A stretch of 64,000 nt of DNA, taken from positions 19,592,001 to 19,656,000 of the forward strand of contig NC_047066.1 of NCBI RefSeq assembly GCF_902459465.1, given 5' to 3'. Each line of letters starts with the position of its first letter. The stretch's first letter is position 1. Both the position numbers and the translations under genes were made by a program. The notes below the pieces were generated by a model. It ran no database searches and was not told where the DNA came from. It was given only the letters and a program-made list of their open reading frames with translations. Positions 37,437 to 50,516 of this stretch are shown piece after piece. The DNA is from Asterias rubens. Lineage: Eukaryota.

Positions 37437-40400
37437 ATGTCGAGCAAGAATCCAGAAATAATGGAGGTAGACGAGTCCACAAGTGCAGCAGCAAAACCAG
37501 GCAAATCTACCAAGTACGAGCTCCCATGGTAAGTAAAGTAGGCCTAACGTTTTGTCACTGTCAGAGTCACTGTGATGTGTCAGTCGAATTAATAACAGTT
37601 AAATGAAATAACCCTGGCATGCGTGGAGATCATGTAAACAACGTGTACCATGGTTTTGTTAAGTAGGGAGCGGAAAAAGACCGACAAAAAGGCTGCGTAA
37701 ACATGGCTCGGTTTTGGAGAAAAAAATCCAGACTGACAAAAAAGTGACAGTGACAATGACACGTGACCATGACCATGGTGACAGCAGCAGGGTTCGTTTA
37801 GGATAACTTTTCGTATGGCGCCACCACTTTTTCACTCATTTTTACAAAAAGGGATATCTCATTGAGATACTATTTTATTTCATATCGAGTGAAAAAGTGG
37901 TGACGCCATGCGGAAACTTTTTGTTTGTTGTTGTTTTGTACCAATTCCCAGGGAGGTCCATTTCTACCTCCGTACTTGAACTTGCTAAACAAACATGTTC
38001 ACTAGACCAGAATTTCTTTTGCAAGACCCGAAACAAAATGTCAATCTTTAATTAAAAATACTAAATAGACTAGGCCAGGGAAAAGTTTCCGTATGTATGG
38101 CCATATATGGCCCATCCCCCCATGTTGTTGGATGGCGCCACCACCATGACCACTTTTTCATTCGATAACCTCAACAATGAGATTGAGATAGGCCTATCCC
38201 TTTTTGTATAAAAAAAAGTGAGTGAAAAAGTGAGTGAAAAAGTGGTGGCCCCACACGGAAAGTTATCGTTTTTTTATAAAAAGTAATAGGGGGGGGGGGG
38301 CCCTATAATTAAAAGGAATATTTGTATTAAAAGATGATATTGATAGGCCTACACAGTGAAGTTAGACATGTTAGACCAAGTTACTGGGCTGGGGTGCTGC
38401 ACTGATTTCTTTAATTTTTATAATTTTTTATTATCAATGTTAAATCATACTAACGACCGATAGTGACCAGATGACCAATCCCGATAATGACAAATAAAAA
38501 AAAAATGGAGTACTGGGCCCAAGTAACTGGGTCTACATACGTCAAAGTATGATTACATTTCAGTTGAAAAATACCAGACTGCCGCAGTGTTGGACTTGTC
38601 TGGTCATAGTTTAGTGTTCCACGACTGCTGTTAAAATCCGCAGTGTAAATTTTAAGCCCAGGTCCGAACTCAAATGCCAACTGTTTTCGTCTTCATGTTA
38701 CAATCAGTATAATCTTTTATCCCACCAATCTCTATTTCATGCCTTTAAATCATTTTCAACTATCATGACAGACTGAAATATTATTAAAAATATTGACATT
38801 GACTAATCTAGTGATTTAACCAACAGGGTGGAGAAGTACAGACCAACCCTTTTGAGTGATGTCGTTGGTAATGAAGAGACGATCAGTCGACTGGAAGTTT
38901 TCTCCAAAGAGGGAAATGTACCCAATGTCATCATAGCTGTAAGTTTGGCAAAGTACACTGATTGCCAATTGAAGATTTTTGAGATGCAGTAGGAACATTT
39001 TTGAAGCAGACTTATCAAAAATACCAAGTAAAATTCATAAAGTTTTCTTTAAAAATTAGACCATGCCAAAATCTATTTCGGTAGTGGTATGGCTGCCTCT
39101 CCCAATATCTCAAAGTCTCCCATCGTTGAAAACAATTTTGAAGTAAATGTCAGTGTTTGGAAACACTGGAAATACACGTATAATAAAATGTTTCGTTATT
39201 TCTTTCTCCCTGTCGTAGGGTCCCCCTGGAACTGGCAAAACCACCAGTATATTGTGTCTTTGCCGAGCCTTGCTAGGCCCAGACTACAAGGAAGCTGTTC
39301 TGGAAATGAATGCCTCAAATGACAGGTATGTTTGGTCTGATCAGGCTTTTTTTGTGGTGTTTTGTAGCCAAGAGGTCTAGTTCACCGGACCCAAGCTCTG
39401 GTGTTGTCAGCAGTAGAGTGTGGGTTCATTTTCCGGTCATTAACAAAAAATTGTTGTGCCCTTATGAGCAAGGCACTTAACCATAATTGCTTTGTAAAAA
39501 GTTGGGAAGGTATTGCATTCTGCTCCACCAACCTGGCTCCTATAGTGGACTGGATGATACCCATACCTACATCCTTATGGACTGTGAAAGGTAACCCTGT
39601 TTCAGCCATATGAGTCAGGAGCCAGTTTAACGATGATGAATTTGTGTACTTTTTTTCCAGGGGAATCGATGTAGTCAGAAACAAGATAAAGACATTCGCT
39701 CAGAAGAAGGTTACCTTGCCAAAAGGGCGTCATAAGGTCATCATTCTGGATGAAGCAGATAGGTAAACAACATGGCCTAATTTCCTTAAGCCCAACATTT
39801 TGATACGGGAACTATTAAAGCCATTGGACCCTTTCGGTAAACAGTGTTGTCCAAGGCCCACACTTTGTGTACCACAACTTCTATATCAAATAAACAAACC
39901 TGTGAAAATTTAGGCTCAATTGGTCATCGGAGTCGGGAGAAAACAACGGAAAAACCCACCCTTGTTTCCGCGCATTTCGCCGTGTCATGACATGTGTTTA
40001 AAATAAATCTGTAATTCTCGTTAACGAGAATTTATATTGTTTTGCTGTTTTCTCAAAAAGTAAAGATTTCATGGAATAATATTTCAAGAGAAGTCTTTCA
40101 CCATTGCCTTCTGTAAACCCTGTAAGTTATTTGTAAATCTGTGAACTTTTTTTTTTTTTTCGGAACCGAAAGGGTCCATTGGCTTTAACTAGGAGCTAGT
40201 GAGTAATGACCAGGGGCAATGGAGGCAACTGCCTCTGTGAAGTATTGGGCCTGGTTAGCCTTGGTACCGTGAATGGTATACTTTTGTGGTGGCTCTGAAA
40301 AGAACTAGTGGTGTGACAGCTCAACATTTTGATAAATATTCTTTGGTTATATTTTTTTCATTTGAAGATGACCACTAGCCAATAAAATCTCCCAGTTAAT

Positions 40401-43400
40401 AAAATATATAGTTCCATAATGTTATAGCAACTCTTCAATTTCTACAATCACTGCCAAAATGCTTGGGCCATGTGAAACTAAATATGCCATGCCCCGACGT
40501 CCCCCATTATGGCAGGGATTGTAGACTGTTCTCTGCCAAGTTTCAAATCCTATTTAAAATGTCTGGACTCCTCCCTTGCAGTATGACAAGTGGAGCCCAG
40601 CAGGCTATGCGTCGAACCATGGAAATCTACTCCAAGACAACACGGTTTGCTCTCGCCTGTAACACATCCGACAAGATCATTGAGCCGATTCAATCACGGT
40701 GTGCAGTCTTGAGGTACTCCCGCCTGACGGACAAACAGCTCCTCCACCGGCTGATTGAGGTTGGAGAGAAGGAAGGAATAGAATGCACGGATGATGGACT
40801 GGAGGCAATCATCTATACAGCACAGGGGGACATGAGACAGGTAAATTCAATCTTCGGTGAACGGCCAAATTACTGAGATTAACAAATTTCTGCTGTAAAA
40901 AAGGAAGTGGGGAAACCAGTTCCGTGTTTTGCAAGTTTTGCGCTAAAGACAAAGTGCACAGTTGGTAGTTACAAGAAAAAAAGTGTTCCTACCAGCACGT
41001 TATTATTCCAGATCTTGTGGGTGAATCTTGTCAAAGTAAAGGAAGTACCATTGAAAGAACCCTGATGTCACTCTTGTTTATTTCGATTGGGGCAATCAAA
41101 ATAAGTGTAATGATCATGAACATGCACAACATCACGTTTTTTCATTGTTTTCTCTCAGATGCAGCCTTAGTTTTTGTAACTTTGTTTCCATTTATATTTC
41201 CAGGCTATAAATAATATGCAGTCAACACATTCTGGTTTTGGTCTTGTGAACAGCGAAAACGTCTTCAAAGTAAGTCTATCCAAAGAGTGTTTTTCTTTCT
41301 GTAGTGAACCAATTAAGTATGGTTCCCAATGCACCTTACTTTGGAAGAGATATGCTAAAAAAAACTCACAGACATTGCTCCTTTAACAGGTATGGTGCAT
41401 TGCTGGAATCATAATTCATAGAACTGTTTTTTATATTTGAAAGACTAGAAATGATTGCCTTGAGAAGTATTTGTGTCTGAAATACTAAATATCATTTGAA
41501 ATTGGTTGATATTGCAATTCTTTTGATGCTATTGATGAATTGTTCTGTATTATGAAATACTATTTGATATTGCATTTTTGTATATGTATATGTGGCATTT
41601 TACTGATTGCATTATGTACTTTATAATTGCAAATGATTTATTGTGCTATTCTTGACAGTTCATCACTTTATGACACTTGATACCTGTTCTTGCTATTATG
41701 TTTTCTTCAAATCAGTGCATTATTTTCCCCCCCAGAGGTTGTGTATTATTTGACTGTGTTTCATATTTAATTGAATACTATTCTGTATTATTGATATTGT
41801 TCTGTATTTCTGATTATCTGTTTTACTCATGTCCACTCAAGGCCAATTGCCTTCCTCTCACTCTCTTAACTTGTCCCCTCCCTTCACTCTCTTTTACTTC
41901 TACTTAAATTTGTGATTGAGCTATTTTCCCAACTACTTTGTATGTTATGATTTGACATTTTGCAAATGACTGTGGTTTTGATGTCTATTTGATGCTATTT
42001 GACTGTTTGCATTTGCGGTACACATGTGCTTCATAAGTGCAAACGATTTCTTGCCCTGCTCTTTACATATTTGATCATTATATTGCATGTATTGATACCT
42101 GATTCTTGCTATTTTTTTTTTTTTAAATCAGTGCATTATTTTGTCCCCACAGGTTGTGCATTACTTGATTGTGTTTCATATAAATTGAAAAATATTCTGT
42201 ATTTATGATATTGTCCTCTCCTGATTATCTGCTTTTTAATACTATTTGTCCACTCAAAGCCTTGCCTTCTGCCTTTCTTACAATTTCCCTTCCTCTCTTT
42301 CTCATTTACTTCAATTCAAATTTGTGATTGAGCCATTTCCCAAACTTCTTTTTTGTATTATGATTTGACATTTTGCAAATGACTGTTTTTTATATGTCTT
42401 TTTGATGCTAGAAAGATATTTTAATAGTCAAGTTTTATATAAACATTTAATGAGTATGACTTGATTTTGAAATGTATTTGATATTGAAATGCATTGTTTG
42501 ACTTTTGATCATCCATATTTCCATTTCTGATGCCATTTCTGATACAATGCTTCTATTTTCGATGCTAGAAAGATTATGCATTTCATAAACTAAGAGCCAC
42601 ATCATTTGCGAACTGTTATTGAAATGTTTTTCAACTTTTTATTCATCCATATTTACATCTTTGCTCATTTTCAACAACTGTATCATGATTTGTCTGTTTA
42701 TAAATGATTGTTTTATATGTTGTTGGAGCTTGAGAAACATTTAATTTACACAAAAGTCAAACATTTTAATTGATTGATATATTGATCTGTATACTTACAC
42801 AATATTGATCTGTATACTTGCAATTGATATTACGTCTTGATATTTGCAACTTTTTTTCATATCATGATTTGCCTTGTGTTTAATATGATGTTTATGTGTA
42901 CTGTATTTCTGTATCAACATAAGTATTTTCGTAATCGAGTTACCATAAGTCACACAAACAGTTTGTGAATTGACCATGTACTAAAAGCATTATCAAAATC
43001 AATTTTTAAAGAATAATTAGTTTGCAACTTAAATAAATGTGTTATCCTCTTTCGATATATGCACATAGGCCTAGTCTGCATTTTAAGTTAACAAGCATTG
43101 TTGACAAAATGGAAATAACATGAACATCTTTTTTACCGTTTCTTAAAGGTTTGTGATGAGCCCCATCCTATCCTTATTAAGGATATGTTTACTAAATGTG
43201 TTGAGGGGAATATTGACAAAGCCTATGAGGTGATGGAACATATGTGGAGTATGGGGTACGCCCCCGAGGACATCATCTCAAATATGTTCAGGGTTTGTAA
43301 GACGTTTGACATGGCAGAATATCTTAAACTGGAGTTTATCAAGGTGAGTTGGCTTCTATTGGTTTTAGTTGAACCAGTCTGAACCAGTTTGAACTGGTCT

Positions 43401-43992
43401 AGTCAAGTTGGGTCTAGTTGTTTAGCAATGAAGCTACATTGCAGTCTAATCCAGTTCAAACTGGTATTGTCAAGTTGCTAATAAGTTGAAAAATGGTGGT
43501 CACTATGGGTTTGCACTGTTTTGTTTGGGTGGACTCTATGATCAGATTTACCCAAACCTAATGTGTCATAGTGTTGTGTCCATGGCTTATTGAGTCAATA
43601 ATCTAGTTTCATAACAAAAAAGAAGCTATAAAGTCTAGTCTATTTCAGTTCAAATTGTAGCAGTGCTTGTTCTCCATTTAATATCTGACCTAACCCACAT
43701 TTCTGGTCTGGAACTGCCATGTTCTGTCATAAAAAACTTTCTTGATTCTTTGACTTCGTTTTTTGAACAGATTTCACAAGTTTTAATACAAGATATTTTT
43801 TCAAGTTAACATTTTGTAATTTATCATCTTATTCAATCTAATTTTAACTGTTGCGTTGTGCTGTACTTTCTGTTTCAGGAAATTGGGTTCACACATATGA
43901 AAATAGCAGAGGGAGTAGGTTCACTGCTGCAACTCAGTGGTTTGCTTGCAAGGATGTGCCAGAAAGGGATGTTACCCCCTGAGGAATCATGA
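37437..43992 (+). CDS. RFC2: Replication factor C subunit 2 (RFC 40 kDa), 8 coding exons, 348 aa
   Basis: Exons 37437-37528, 38827-38938, 39219-39325, 39661-39762, 40582-40840, 41204-41269, 43149-43343, 43879-43992. All introns are GT-AG with matching phases; total 1047 nt. Motifs: YELPWVEKYRP, Walker [26 protein letters not shown], Walker [46 protein letters not shown], all matching RFC2 as I recall it. Confidence 0.97.
39363..39625 (+). mobile_element. tRNA-derived SINE, RFC2 intron 3
   Basis: gtagccaagaggtcta (A box-like), gtgggttca (B box-like), cccttatgagcaaggcacttaacc. Confidence 0.6.
39815..40188 (+). mobile_element. MITE family B (about 370 bp, TTAA-flanked), RFC2 intron 4
   Basis: TTAA-agccattggaccctttcgg ... 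ccgaaagggtccattggct-TTAA. Confidence 0.88.
41679..42410. repeat. Old direct duplication (about 320 bp x2) in RFC2 intron 6
   Basis: 41679-41998 versus 42092-42410 share ttgatacctg, aaatcagtgcattattt, aaatttgtgattgagc and tatgatttgacattttgcaaatgactg. Confidence 0.8.
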
Positions 43993-45645
43993 TCGAGCCA
44001 AGATGAACTTTGAATTTAGAGAACCCCCTGCACCGATGTCTCCCAATGGTATGTCCTTTTGAGAGTACATTTCCTTGTGAAGGTATGTTGTACCAGTGTC
44101 ACCAAAAATGGAAACTGCCAAGTGATACTCAGGGAAATTTACCTCCAAAATAGAACAAAGTAAGATCTATTTTGAGTCATGACATTCAAGTGAATATTAA
44201 AACAGCTATGTGCTAGGAACCAGGACACCTTTCTGACTAAGCTGTTTTTGTACATGACAGTACTGATTGGTTCCTTTCATCAAGTTTAACATGCTAAAAG
44301 CAATTACGAGTGTAGTCTTGATTCAAGACCCTCCTGTTATTGATATCCCACGATCCATTGCTGAGGGTAATATTACCCTCGGTGAGGGAAGTAAACAACA
44401 GGAGAATCTTGAACCAAGACTACTACAAGTGCAGACAAGTGCTTTACTTCGGATCATACTATGTAAAAAGCGCAGAACAGACTTTCGAGTCCAGTGTGTA
44501 ACTTCACCCTGACAATAAATGAAGGTCTAAAATAATAAGACACGTTTTTTTAGATATACTTCTGATTGGGGAAATTTTGCAGATGACAATGTAACATCCT
44601 GATTCTGGGCAAGATTTTGTACAGTTTGAAATCATGGATAATTATTTTTGAATTGCTATAGCAAGACAATTGTTAATTCCTTTGAGATTTTTAAACCTAG
44701 AGGATGTTAGTTATTGAACATTCTTAGAAATGACAAAAGTTTAACTAGCGAACAGTAAGGAATCTTATATAGATCTGTTTCCATTTCGGCATGCATTTAA
44801 CAACACACCAACAAGTTAATTTCAAAAGATGAACATGCAGCTGCTGTAAAGTATATGTAAACATTTAAAACATAAAGACAGCGCGTTAACAAAAATCGCA
44901 ATGGTGGCTAGTTTGTTGAGGTAAACACATGTGGCTAGCTGTAATGCATCTTTTAAAAACTATTTCCTTTAGTTTTCTTGGGATTTGTCCTTTATGTCTA
45001 AGTATGTTGGATTACTCAAATGCACAAGTTGATCTGTTATTTCTATCTCAACTCCTGTGTCTCGTGATGATTCAGTCTTCAAATTTGGGCAGTTTGTAAA
45101 ACCTTTATTTGTAGGACAGTATTTTGTGGACAGTATTACAAATAAAAACACAGTTTACAACTTCCTTTGCTTAAATTGTATATTTTTAATGTTTTGAGCT
45201 TTCTATGCAAAAGAAACATTAACCAGACATTGCTTAATATTACCTTTGGGTTATTGGGAACAATCAGTACAGTTGTTCATTGAAAAATTTGATACATAAG
45301 AGTGCTTTATGAACAGGTACATAATAACCCAATGATGTTGTCAGGCTGTTGTGGTCTGGGTTCCAACTACCAGCATGTGTGTGTGTGTGTCCTGGAGAAA
45401 GACTTTGTTCCTATAATTGGAAACTTTTGATACGCTGGCGGCAGCAGACATAACAGTCCCTTTTTGCGGCTCTGAGCGTGCGCAGCTGCTCAGTCCACGC
45501 GTATGTCGGAGCATCTGCACTTCCGGTGATAACTGTTACAAATAATATTCCAAAAGTTTCTGCATTACTTTGTACTTCGGACGGGACGTTAAGCGTTAGG
45601 TCATGTGTGTTGTGTGCGATCAAACGCCAAACCTATCTCTTTCTA

Positions 45646-45893
45646 CCAGGGCCCAATTTCATAGAGCTGCTAAGCACGAAAATTTGCCAAGCATGAAATT
45701 TCTTCCTTGATAAAAACAGGATTACCAAGCAAATTTCCACTTGATTTTCAGGATAGGCAAGCAACAGCTGAATACCAACAACAAGCAATAGGCAATAAAT
45801 AGAAATTTGGTTGGCAATCCTGTTTTTATCAATAAGGAAATCTCATGCTAAGCAAATTTTTGTGCTTAGCAGCTCTATGAAATTGGGCCCAGG
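45646..45893. mobile_element. Fold-back MITE (gggcccaatttcatagagctgc TIR)
   Basis: Long inverted arms; related copy at 24060-24250. Confidence 0.8.
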
Positions 45894-46527
45894 TGTTTAT
45901 GGCACAGTTTTTGGCAGAGTACGCTTCATCACAACATAAATTTATCCTTGCAATAATGGTATGAGAATGAGTCTCCTAACTCAAATTTTGAACGCATCTG
46001 TCTTTAAAAAAGTAAGCAATTGAAGACGCCCGAAAACCATAAAGCAATATCTAAGTAATACTATTTTAAGTACATTAATAAGGAAGAATATGAAGAAATT
46101 AATCAACTTTTTATGAAGAAATAATGGTAGGGGATACACAATCTCACATAGTATTTAGGCCTATAGGTGACGTATGGTTCCATGATATATCTGTGAAAAT
46201 TTGGATTTGATTGGTCATCGAAGTCTCAAGAGAACAATGAAAGAACAGACGCCCTTGTTGCCCAAATTTGTGTGTTTTCAGATGCATAATACAAGGATTC
46301 AGGCCTGTTCAAGTTCTTTTATTATTTGAGTGAGAAATTACCTCTTTCTAAAAAACTAGGTTACCATACTTTAGAGTTTCTCACAAGGTTTTGTACTATC
46401 AACAGCTCCCCATTGCTCATTACCAAGTAAGCTTTTATGCGTTTTGAGTAATAACCAATAGTGTCATATGACTTTAGAGAAAATCCCATGGCGCACTGAA
46501 ATTTTCCCATATTGACTGGACGTGGGT

Positions 46528-49517
46528 CTAGCGGTCGCAGCGACCCCAACCGTTGACCAAACTGCGGAGAGCACTACCTGGGCAGAGAGTACTCGAGAAA
46601 TCACTATGTCCACACGCATGGTAACCGCTCTTCACCTTTCCCAAATCGACCCCACACTGCCTCAGGTTTTCCAAGGCAGTCATCATACCAGAACTCGGCT
46701 AAATCATGGGAAAATAATAAATAAATGGAAATAAATAATACAACAAATTCTTTAAAATGGACAGGCCATGAACATTAAAATACCATTGGCTGGTAAAGCA
46801 GTTCGCAACAGCTAGTTCTATTTAGGTAAATAAATAATAATAGTATACATAATAGTCAAATAAATACCGTTATGAAAAAATACCATAGCATTTATTTTTA
46901 ACGGTATTTTTTAAATAAGTGTGAACTTGTAAACAAATAATTTTCATACACTGTTTTGAAGCATGGTTGAGTGAAAAGGCGTATATCATCAGAGTAAAAC
47001 AAAAATGGGGGCGCTTGGTGGGAAATCTTAGGGCCTACAAAAAATTGTCAACAAATATTAAGGCTTCTGTTGAAATATCTGTACGTGGTGTAGTTTACTA
47101 CATTGGCTGTTTTATGTGGCATTCATTGGAATAATTTGACAATCTCAACAATTTAAATTGAACAAAACACCAAAAGAAGCCATTGGACCCTTTCGGAAAA
47201 AGAAAAAAAAAATCACAGATTTACAAATAACTTACAGGGTTTACAGAAGGTAGTGGTGAAATACTTATCTTGAAATATTATTCCATGAAATGTTTTACTT
47301 TTTGAGAAAACAGTAAAACAATATCAATTCTCGTTAACGAGAATTACGGATTTATTTTAAACACATGTCATTGCACGGCGAAACGCGCGGATACAAGGGT
47401 GGGTTTTCCCGTTATTTTCTCCCGACTCCGATGACCGATTAAGCCCAAATTTTCACAGGCTTGTTATTTGATATAGAAGTTGTGATACACGAAGTGTGGG
47501 CCTTGGACAATACTGTTTACAAAAAGGGTCCAATGGCTTTAATGGGTGATAGGGCCTACTCTGCAGACTCAACATTGAGCATAATTTTTTTGATTCAAAG
47601 ATGTTGAATTGAAAGAAACATAAACAGACCACTGGACTTGTCTTGTCTTGTCTTGAGTTTACTGGCCCGACATTGAAATCACTGGCCTGAGGCCGGTGGT
47701 CCAGTGTAAAATTGAAGCCCTGCTTTATTATCTACATATAAAAAATAGGCCTCTTGTCCTTCCTTCCAGAAAATGCAGTCTCACATAATGTGAGGATAAG
47801 ATGCACTGGGTGTTGCGCTTGCGTCCAATAACATGCTGTCGAGTGCGGAAACATACAGATATTATGTATGTATATATTGTTTCAATAATATTGAGTATTG
47901 TACCTGTGCGCTCACGTAGTTCCCGATCATAGAGATGCCGATGGACCTACTGTTGTATGATGGAGCATGTGCTCCTTGGTTGTTCCAACCACGCCCTACG
48001 TAAACTCTGTTATCACCACCGATCAGAAAGTTGTATCCAATGTCATTCCAACCTATATAGAATTAGAAAACAAATAATGACAATGATTCGGCTTCCGTGT
48101 TCAAGGATTTTCTAAGTTAATAGATGCGTAATCGTGTGTGTGCATTATAATTTACTTCAAAACGCCTGTCTAATTCTCACTGTATATTGTATGTGCATAC
48201 ATGTTGCATTGTGTTCTGCTCTGCACTTGATATACAACTCTGGTGGTGGTCATGTTCAACACTTGTCTTTTTCACAAGATCTTAGACCGTATGATCCAAG
48301 TTTCAGATATTTTTGTTTAGCATGACCCTGCCACGGCTAGTTTCTACGTTTCACATTCAGTTTAAGTTTTACACATTGTCGTTTGTCTCTATTTTCTTCA
48401 TCCATGGTATATGTGAGAATAAACGGTAAACTTGCGGGTACAACCATGTTCTCTTATGTGAGGGAGTGTGTTGGCTCTCTGAGAGCCGGCCAGTTTTGGT
48501 CTCGACGTTTCGAATACTCTGCTCGACTTCAGGCGCCTCTTACGAGTTAATGTTGGTTATAATTATTACGTGCATTTACGTTCATTATTCTTGTGGTGGT
48601 TTTGGATACCTCGGACCCTTCTTGAACATGCATTTTGCGTTGAACATGACCCTCCGTCAGCAGTGTGGTGGATAATGTAGTAGTCCAGGTTCCCGGCCAA
48701 GCTTGTCGTACTCCGTGGAGATGAGGCTCCCCAAGTGGATCTCTGGACGAAGTTTACATCCGAGCACCCACCTGTTGTATGGATAGAGTGTGAGGGATTC
48801 AATTTAGAGTCTCACCCACCACAGACCCGCATGTAGTCTTGCTTGGTTGGTTGGTTCCAAGACTTTCGCATGGATCATTTTCCAGCCTGGTTAATACCGC
48901 GCCGAATCGCGCCAGCTTTTCGTAATGTATTTTCGCTATACCACGGGCAGCGCGTCGTACCGCCCGCTAGCCTTTTGTAAATGCTTGGTTCGATCTCAAG
49001 TTTACAGACAGTCGTCAAACCGAAATGAATTCAAGAAGATAACTTTCCTTCTGTCGGGTCACCACGTTTATGTTACGTTACGTTGTTACGGTTATGTTAC
49101 GAATATAGAGTAGGTATAACTCGGAACAAGACTAACCCGCAGGCGTCGGCTGAAATCCTTGTTTTGCTATTTATCTTGTAGCCCTATAATAAACTGAATA
49201 AAATGTGCAAAAACTGCTATTTTCATCAATAAATTTCAAAACAAGGGCGAAATCGTTCAACATAATCATTTTGGCTTAGAATAGGCCCCAAATTCTGCTT
49301 AGCAAATAGGGGATACACATACGTTTTTAAGTTCCTAAATTTTCCATCAAAAACTATAGCCTACGACAATAGCAACAAAGCTCTGTTGTCAGACAAAACG
49401 TGCTTGTTAGTGGTAAAAACGCTTCATGTAATCCCTACTTATCTTACTTGAATTAGCTCGTCCTGTTTGGAGAAGCATCATGCAGCAGACAAACACTATA
49501 AGTCGGATCACGTCCAT
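46528..49517 (-). CDS. PGRP: Short peptidoglycan recognition protein, amidase type (PGRP-1), 193 aa with signal peptide
   Basis: Exons 49448-49517, 48580-48771, 47904-48052, 46528-46698; GT-AG, phases 1,1,0. Signal peptide [23 protein letters not shown]. Zn-amidase residues present: IIHHT, DIGYNF, GHSD, TLCPG; also GRGW and GAH. An in-frame upstream ATG at 49526 is also possible. Confidence 0.95.
47176..47542 (-). mobile_element. MITE family B, PGRP-1 intron 3
   Basis: Both TIRs; right TTAA intact. Confidence 0.85.
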
Positions 49518-49820
49518 TTTCAGCATGTTGAAGGCGTTTATGGTCAATCTTCGCACAAGAACTGCGTATGATGAACACTCAATATCAGACTGATAAGGAG
49601 TCGATAGTGCCACGGGTTTAAGTACTGCAGTTGCAAAATACAATCCGCCACGAAAACAATAAAGTAAATAAAGTGCAAACAAACAAACAAAAACAATTCA
49701 GTGTGGGAAAAAGTTATGCTGACGTTTGCAATATTTACATGTTTTTTTAACTGCACTTTGTTACTTTTGCAGTCAAGTTATTAACCCCGAGTTGAAACTG
49801 GGATTGTATGGAGATTTTCG

Positions 49821-49840
49821 GGAAAGTCCCCATGACGTAA
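49821..49840 (-). promoter_or_regulatory. NF-kB site plus CRE/bZIP-like site upstream of PGRP-1
   Basis: 49821-49830 reads GGGACTTTCC on the minus strand (canonical Ig-kappa kB decamer). TGACGTAA is at 49833-49840. About 300 bp upstream of the PGRP-1 ATG. Confidence 0.6.
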
Positions 49841-50516
49841 TGTCTCATTTGATTTAGCCTGTAGACGAAAACAAATCGAGGGGAAAACATTTGGAAAAAA
49901 AACCGGACCCCACGCCGTAATTTTTTAAAGCCCCCCCCCCCCTTTGTTTTCTGGCTACAACTTTGCTTGCAAAATACGATTATCGCCCCCACCCGAGCTG
50001 GCTTGGGTCTTTTTGAACTGGAAGGATCAGGGTTGGACGGTTTCCAATAACTCGTCAGCAGTTTCACGAAGTGCCACTTCAAACACTAAAACAAATCGGA
50101 AGGAAAATGCACGATTTCAACTATTTGGGTAAATTCGTTGAACGCTATATCTAACGAACGAAGTTATGGGTCTCAAATCGTATAGGCTCTGAATAATGTT
50201 AAGTTGGTGAAAGGCTCGCCTCCCAAGAACAATTAAACCATTAAAAACCATAGCGTTTTATGACAGAAGAGCCAAAAATAGTTTGTTATATCTCTTATAC
50301 GCGACTGCTTTGATGGCACAGTGTGGCTCCAGTACGGCAGGAAATTCTGTGTATGGCTGGTAATTGGCGAACTGGGTTATGTCAACTTCTTCTGATAGCG
50401 CCCTCTTTTGAATCAATCTTCTCTACTCCATCATGCCAATTTCCCATTTATATTGGGGACAGAATCTCCGGGACAGAATTCCCTTGGGACACCCGCGGCT
50501 TTGGCATTTTCACGAA

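Noticed and set aside
44267-44512. 81-aa plus-strand ORF after RFC2
   Set aside because: Lies within the likely RFC2 3' UTR upstream of AATAAA near 44515; no domain or splice support.
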